This document shows positions 59,845 through 64,000 of a stretch of DNA of 64,000 nucleotides, piece by piece; the stretch's first letter is position 1, and every line of letters starts with the position of its first letter. The notes beneath the pieces were generated by a model. That model searched no databases. It was not told the origin of the DNA and saw only the letters and a program-made list of their open reading frames with translations. The position numbers were made by a program, and so were the translations under genes. The stretch lies in contig JBBIUY010000007.1 in NCBI GenBank assembly GCA_037440005.1, positions 37,222 through 101,221 on the forward strand, in the 5' to 3' direction. Source of the stretch: Armatimonadota bacterium. GTDB lineage: Bacteria > Sysuimicrobiota > Sysuimicrobiia > Sysuimicrobiales > Kaftiobacteriaceae.

Positions 59845-60663
59845 GTGCGGCCGCAGCCCCTCTCCGTCCGCCGCCTGACCGTTGTCCGCGCCGCCACGCT
59901 GGTCTGGACGGGCGTGGTGCTGGTCGGCTCCCTGCTGCCGCCGTCTCTGGGGGGCCGGGGCGGCCCTCTGTGGCACCTGGCGGGCTACGGGGTGCTCGCG
60001 GTGCTGCTGGCCGCCTGGCAGCCACCGGCCCGCTCCGCGCTGCTGGCGTGGGGCTATAGCGTGCTGGTGGAGGGCCTGCAGGGTCTGACGTCCTACCGGT
60101 CGGCGGAGGCCCGGGATGTGGCGGTCAACGCCGTGGCGGTGGGCGTCGCCCTCGCCGTCCGCTCGGCCTGGCTGGCGGCGGGGCGGGCGGTGCGCGCGGG
60201 GGTCTGGTGGCGCGGCCGCCGCGGCGAGTGGTGGGTGGTCGGTCAGGCGGTCCTCCTCGGGGCCCTCGCCGCGGTCCCGCCGCTGGGCCCGCAGCTTCCC
60301 CGCGCGGAGTGGATCGTGGGGGCGGCGGTCCTGCTGGCTCTGGTGGGCGCGTCCTTCCTGGTCGCCGGAGCCCGGGCGTTGGGGCCGGCGCTGTCTGTGT
60401 TGCCGTCTCCCCGCCCGGGCGCGCGCCTGGTGCGCCACGGGATCTACCGGTGGGTGCGCCATCCTATCTACACCGGGGTGATGCTGGTGGCCGGCGGGTG
60501 GGCGGTGTTCCGGGGGAGCGCGGCGCACCTGGCGCTGGCCCTGGCGGTGGCGGTGTTCTTCGGGGCCAAGGCGTCCCGGGAGGAGCGCTGGCTGGCCCAG
60601 CACTACCCGGACTACGACGGCTACCGACGCACCACGCGCCGCTTTGTGCCCTGGCTGTTCTGA
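59845..60663 (+). CDS. VanZ-like + isoprenylcysteine/phospholipid methyltransferase-family membrane protein
   Basis: WHLAGYG, VEGLQ, RSAEARDVAVN, then LVRHGIYRWVRHPIY, EERWL, RRFVP. Confidence 0.8.
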   Translation: MRPQPLSVRRLTVVRAATLVWTGVVLVGSLLPPSLGGRGGPLWHLAGYGVLAVLLAAWQPPARSALLAWGYSVLVEGLQGLTSYRSAEARDVAVNAVAVGVALAVRSAWLAAGRAVRAGVWWRGRRGEWWVVGQAVLLGALAAVPPLGPQLPRAEWIVGAAVLLALVGASFLVAGARALGPALSVLPSPRPGARLVRHGIYRWVRHPIYTGVMLVAGGWAVFRGSAAHLALALAVAVFFGAKASREERWLAQHYPDYDGYRRTTRRFVPWLF

Positions 60664-60678
60664 GGGCCGCTGCAGGCG

Positions 60679-62148
60679 TCAGCGCTCCCACCAGGCCCGC
60701 CGCAGCACCGCCGAGCGCCCCACCGGCAGGCTGACCCCCTGCGGGTCCAGGGTGAACGAGCCACCCAGCAGCACCGGTCCCGCCACCAGGACGCCGCCGT
60801 GGACGGTGGTCGCTCCGGCTCCCACCGTCAGCGCTCCGGTGACCACCAGGCGTCCCCAGTACTCGAAGCTCCCCGTGGTCACCAGGTCGCCCGCCACCAC
60901 CAGGGTGCCGTGGCCGCGCAGGTGGGAGGCGATGTGGGCGCTGTCCCGGACCACCACGAGCAGCGGTCGGCTGTCGGGACCCGGGCAACGCGCGTCGAAC
61001 GCCATCTCCGGCATTTTGCAGCCGAACTCCCCGCCGGTGACCAGCCCCCCGTCGTCCTGACGGTCGGAGGAGGCGGTCAGGGTCGACGGGTCGGGGAAGG
61101 GCGGCACGGCGCCGAACCGGGGGTGGGCGGCGAGGGCGGCCTTCTTGCGGTAGACCAGGGCCCGCTCGTCAAACTCCCAGTACAGGTCCAGCCACTGCTC
61201 GAAGACGACCACCTTGACCAGCCGCGGGTGACGTATCCGGGGATCAGTCGGATCGGGGAACTCCGCCACCACGTACTTGTAGGGCAGCCCGCAGGGCAGC
61301 GCCGGGGTCACCGCCAGGGGCGGGGTGGGCCCGGGCGGGTCGTCCCTGTCGAACCCGAACACGGCGACGGTCGCCGGCCGGCACGCCGGCGTGCAGGGAT
61401 CCTGGGCCAGCACTCCCGTGATGGTCTCCGCAGGCAGGGGCAGTCCCTCGCCGTCCGGACACCGGCGGGTAAGGGCTACCAGTTCTGCGCCCACAGGGCT
61501 GGTCTGGGGGACGGCCAGACGCGTGGCAGGGTACCAGGATTTCTCCGGGCAGCCTTCCGCCGCGTCGCACCGGACCGGCGGCCCCTGTCCGCGCCGCTCG
61601 ATCCACCACCCGGCATAGGTCAGCCCCTGCGCCGCGTCCGCCGCGGCTCCCAGGTAGCGGGCAAACCCCTCCACGTACACGTCGCCGCCGATCCGGGACG
61701 CACCCTGGGCGGTCAGGCTGCCGGCCCGCAGGCTGTGGGGCAGTGCGGCGCGGGTGTGCTGGAGGACCAGCAGGCTGCTGGAGCGGGTGAGCCGGCCCAC
61801 GCTGACGGTCACCTGCAGCTCCTGGTAGGCGGCGTCCACCCCGACCGTGTGGCGGGTGGCGGCGACGCGGATGCGGTCGGGATCCAGCGAGCCGACAAAC
61901 CCCTGCCCGACCGGACGGCCCGCCTCCAGGCGGAGGACCGCCTCCGCCAGCCCCGCCTCCGCCAGGTCGCCGGCCACCACGAGATCCCGGTGCAGCCCCG
62001 CGATGATCGCTTCGTGACCCGCGGTGGTCAGCAGGGCGGCCAGCACGATGAACATCAGCGCCGTGACGGTGAGGACCACCACCAGGGCCAGCCCGTCCTG
62101 GTCCGTCGCCCTCGTCCGTGACCGCGCCGCCCCCGTCCTCCCGTGCAT
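60679..62148 (-). CDS. PilX-like N-terminal (prepilin-type) exported protein
   Basis: QDG|LALVVVL hydrophobic helix, LAEAGLAEA, C-terminal GxLVVxG repeats, terminal WWER. Confidence 0.7.
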   Translation of the reverse strand: MHGRTGAARSRTRATDQDGLALVVVLTVTALMFIVLAALLTTAGHEAIIAGLHRDLVVAGDLAEAGLAEAVLRLEAGRPVGQGFVGSLDPDRIRVAATRHTVGVDAAYQELQVTVSVGRLTRSSSLLVLQHTRAALPHSLRAGSLTAQGASRIGGDVYVEGFARYLGAAADAAQGLTYAGWWIERRGQGPPVRCDAAEGCPEKSWYPATRLAVPQTSPVGAELVALTRRCPDGEGLPLPAETITGVLAQDPCTPACRPATVAVFGFDRDDPPGPTPPLAVTPALPCGLPYKYVVAEFPDPTDPRIRHPRLVKVVVFEQWLDLYWEFDERALVYRKKAALAAHPRFGAVPPFPDPSTLTASSDRQDDGGLVTGGEFGCKMPEMAFDARCPGPDSRPLLVVVRDSAHIASHLRGHGTLVVAGDLVTTGSFEYWGRLVVTGALTVGAGATTVHGGVLVAGPVLLGGSFTLDPQGVSLPVGRSAVLRRAWWER

Positions 62149-62157
62149 GGGACCTGC

Positions 62158-63024
62158 TCACCCCGCCGGCTGCAGGTGCTCGCGCAGCCGCCGCACGGTC
62201 GCAGGCAGCACCGCCCGCAGCCGGTACTCGGGGAAGGTGGCGGCGATGCGGCCGGCCAGGGTCTCGTCGTCCAGCCCCTGGGCCAGGCCCTCCCGCACGA
62301 TCCGCTCCACCTCGTCGTGGTAGCGGGATTGGGCCTCCAGCAGTTCGGACCCGCCCGGCGCGCCGTGGCCGGGGACGAAGACGTCGGCGTCCAGAGCCGC
62401 CAGCGCCCGCAGGCCTTCCCGGACGCCGGCCAGGGACGCGTGCTCGTAGTTGAAGTGGTAGCCCGCAAAGACCAGATCCCCGCACACGGCGACCCGCTGC
62501 TCGGGCAGGTACAGGAACGTGTCGCCGGGCGTGTGCCCCCAGCCGGGGTGCCACAGCTCCACCTCCAGGTCGCCCAGGTGGACCACCAGGCCCTCGTCGT
62601 AGACCACCTGGGCCAGGACGGGGGAGGCGTCGGCGAACAGGGGCGCCAGGGCAGGGTCCGCCCGGCGGGCACCCAGCAGCGCCGGGTGCTCGTCGGCCAT
62701 CCGCTCCCGGCACGCCCGGTGGGCGAGGACCACCGCGCCGGGGAAGGCGGCCGCTCCCCAGGTGTGGTCGGTGTGGTGGTGGGTGAAGACCACAAACCGC
62801 ACCGGCGCCGACGTCTGCGACCGCACCGCCTCCGCGATCTGCCGGCCCAGCGAGGGCGCGATCAGGGGGTCCACGACCAGCACGGCCTCCGACCCGAGAA
62901 GGGCGACGGCGTTGGCCCCGTAGGCGGTGGCCAGCTCGTCCCCGCCGGCGGTGTATACCACCACGCCGGCCCGCACCGCGGTTTCCTGCAGCGGAACGGT
63001 CACACCGGTGTATTCGGGTTGCAC
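62158..63024 (-). CDS. MBL-fold metallo-hydrolase
   Basis: THHHTDH, GHTPGD, CGDL, PGHG. Start uncertain. Confidence 0.9.
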   Translation of the reverse strand: MQPEYTGVTVPLQETAVRAGVVVYTAGGDELATAYGANAVALLGSEAVLVVDPLIAPSLGRQIAEAVRSQTSAPVRFVVFTHHHTDHTWGAAAFPGAVVLAHRACRERMADEHPALLGARRADPALAPLFADASPVLAQVVYDEGLVVHLGDLEVELWHPGWGHTPGDTFLYLPEQRVAVCGDLVFAGYHFNYEHASLAGVREGLRALAALDADVFVPGHGAPGGSELLEAQSRYHDEVERIVREGLAQGLDDETLAGRIAATFPEYRLRAVLPATVRRLREHLQPAG

Positions 63025-63166
63025 TCCGGGGGTCCCTGTGCCCCGGATCCCGGCGGGTCACACACCTGTAAAGGTCGTCTTACAGGGCTGTGAACGCACG
63101 CCGCCCCCGTCCGTGGAAGAATCGGGGCGGAGGGCGCGTGCCCATCCTGCGGCGGAGGTGACGGCG

Positions 63167-63859
63167 ATGCGGTGGACGTGGACCGGCTTGCGGCTGCTGG
63201 TGGTCCTGGTGGCCCTGGCCGGCGCTGTGGCCCCGGCGGTGCAGGCGACCGCCCAGCCCCGGGTAACCGTGGAGGAGTCGGTGACCACGGACCCCCAGGG
63301 GAACCGGGTGGTGACCGAGCGCACCTTTGTGGACGGGGTGCTGGTGAAGGTGGAGGTGAAGGTCGTCAGCCCTCAGGGCCAGCTGCTCAGCAAGGTGGAG
63401 GAAGTGTTCCACAACGGCCAGGTGGTCAACCGGGAGACGGTGACCGTCTCCGCCGGAGTGACCACGAAGGTGGAGCAGACCTTCGAGAACGGCGTCCTGG
63501 TCGAGGAGGAGCGGGAGGTCCTCAACGCCCGGGGGGAGACGGTCCACAAGGTGGAGACCGAGTTTAACGCCGCCGGCCAGGTCGTCAAGGTGGAGGAGCG
63601 CCTCCTGGTGGTCCAGGACGGCCAGCGCCTGGAGGTCCGGCGGGAGTTCCGCCTGCGCAACGGCGTGCTGGTCCTGGTGGAGGAGGAGCGGCGGGTCTTG
63701 GCGGGCGGCTCCGGCGGCCGCGGGCCGGACCGGTCCGGCTCCGACGACCGGGACGACGACCGGGACGACGATGACCGCGACGACGACGAGGACCGGGACG
63801 ACGACGACCGCGACGACGATGACGATGACCGTAGCGGCAGCAACTCGGGCAGCCACTGA
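63167..63859 (+). CDS. Secreted beta-hairpin repeat protein with Asp-rich tail
   Basis: RBS GGAGGTG, signal peptide, repeated KVE..F.NG..V, (DDR)n tail. Confidence 0.8.
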   Translation: MRWTWTGLRLLVVLVALAGAVAPAVQATAQPRVTVEESVTTDPQGNRVVTERTFVDGVLVKVEVKVVSPQGQLLSKVEEVFHNGQVVNRETVTVSAGVTTKVEQTFENGVLVEEEREVLNARGETVHKVETEFNAAGQVVKVEERLLVVQDGQRLEVRREFRLRNGVLVLVEEERRVLAGGSGGRGPDRSGSDDRDDDRDDDDRDDDEDRDDDDRDDDDDDRSGSNSGSH

Positions 63860-63881
63860 CGGACGCCCACCGGGAGACGGG

Positions 63882-63913
63882 ACCGCGGCGCGGGCAGGCA
63901 CCCGCGCCGCGGT
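63882..63913 (+). terminator. Hairpin after the Asp-rich protein gene
   Basis: 13-bp perfect stem accgcggcgcggg/cccgcgccgcggt. Confidence 0.5.
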
Positions 63914-64000
63914 GGCTTGTGGAGGAGGCGGCCGCGCGGACTAGGATGTCCTGTTTGGATGTAGTGTTTGCACTTGGGAGCCTCCCCCAAGGAAAGGGAG

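Noticed and set aside
63914..64000. Possible ncRNA start (TTGGGAGCC, lower GC)
   Set aside because: Truncated by the window edge and equally consistent with a promoter/RBS region.

Overview
Very GC-rich bacterial chromosomal segment with about 58 protein genes and two tRNAs (Ser-UGA, Gly-CCC). No integrase, transposase, rRNA or CRISPR array was seen. TolC, a stalk-domain cell-wall hydrolase and SigH-like promoters suggest a diderm Terrabacteria lineage such as Armatimonadota (inference only). Main content: an amide/amine ABC-acetamidase-aminotransferase cluster, an SPT-like oxoamine synthase with a membrane phosphoesterase, a STAND-type cyclase, pruA, glyA, coaB, ECF and BMP transporters, form II coxSLM, an mhq-like dioxygenase/hydrolase pair, and an envelope/efflux locus with a two-component system. 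Signals the ORF track misses: (1) two identical 211-bp structured repeats behind tRNA-Gly, each ending in a copy of the tRNA 3' end and carrying a perfect antisense copy of its T-arm; (2) a CxxU Rdx/SelW selenoprotein, plus a second gene that opens GTG-TGA; (3) an orphan endolysin-holin pair with no phage genes; (4) a RVAGGR-N18-BAAN promoter motif before 13 genes; (5) probable CTG and ACG start codons; (6) REP-like palindrome clusters. All assignments come from reading motifs by eye, with no database search.
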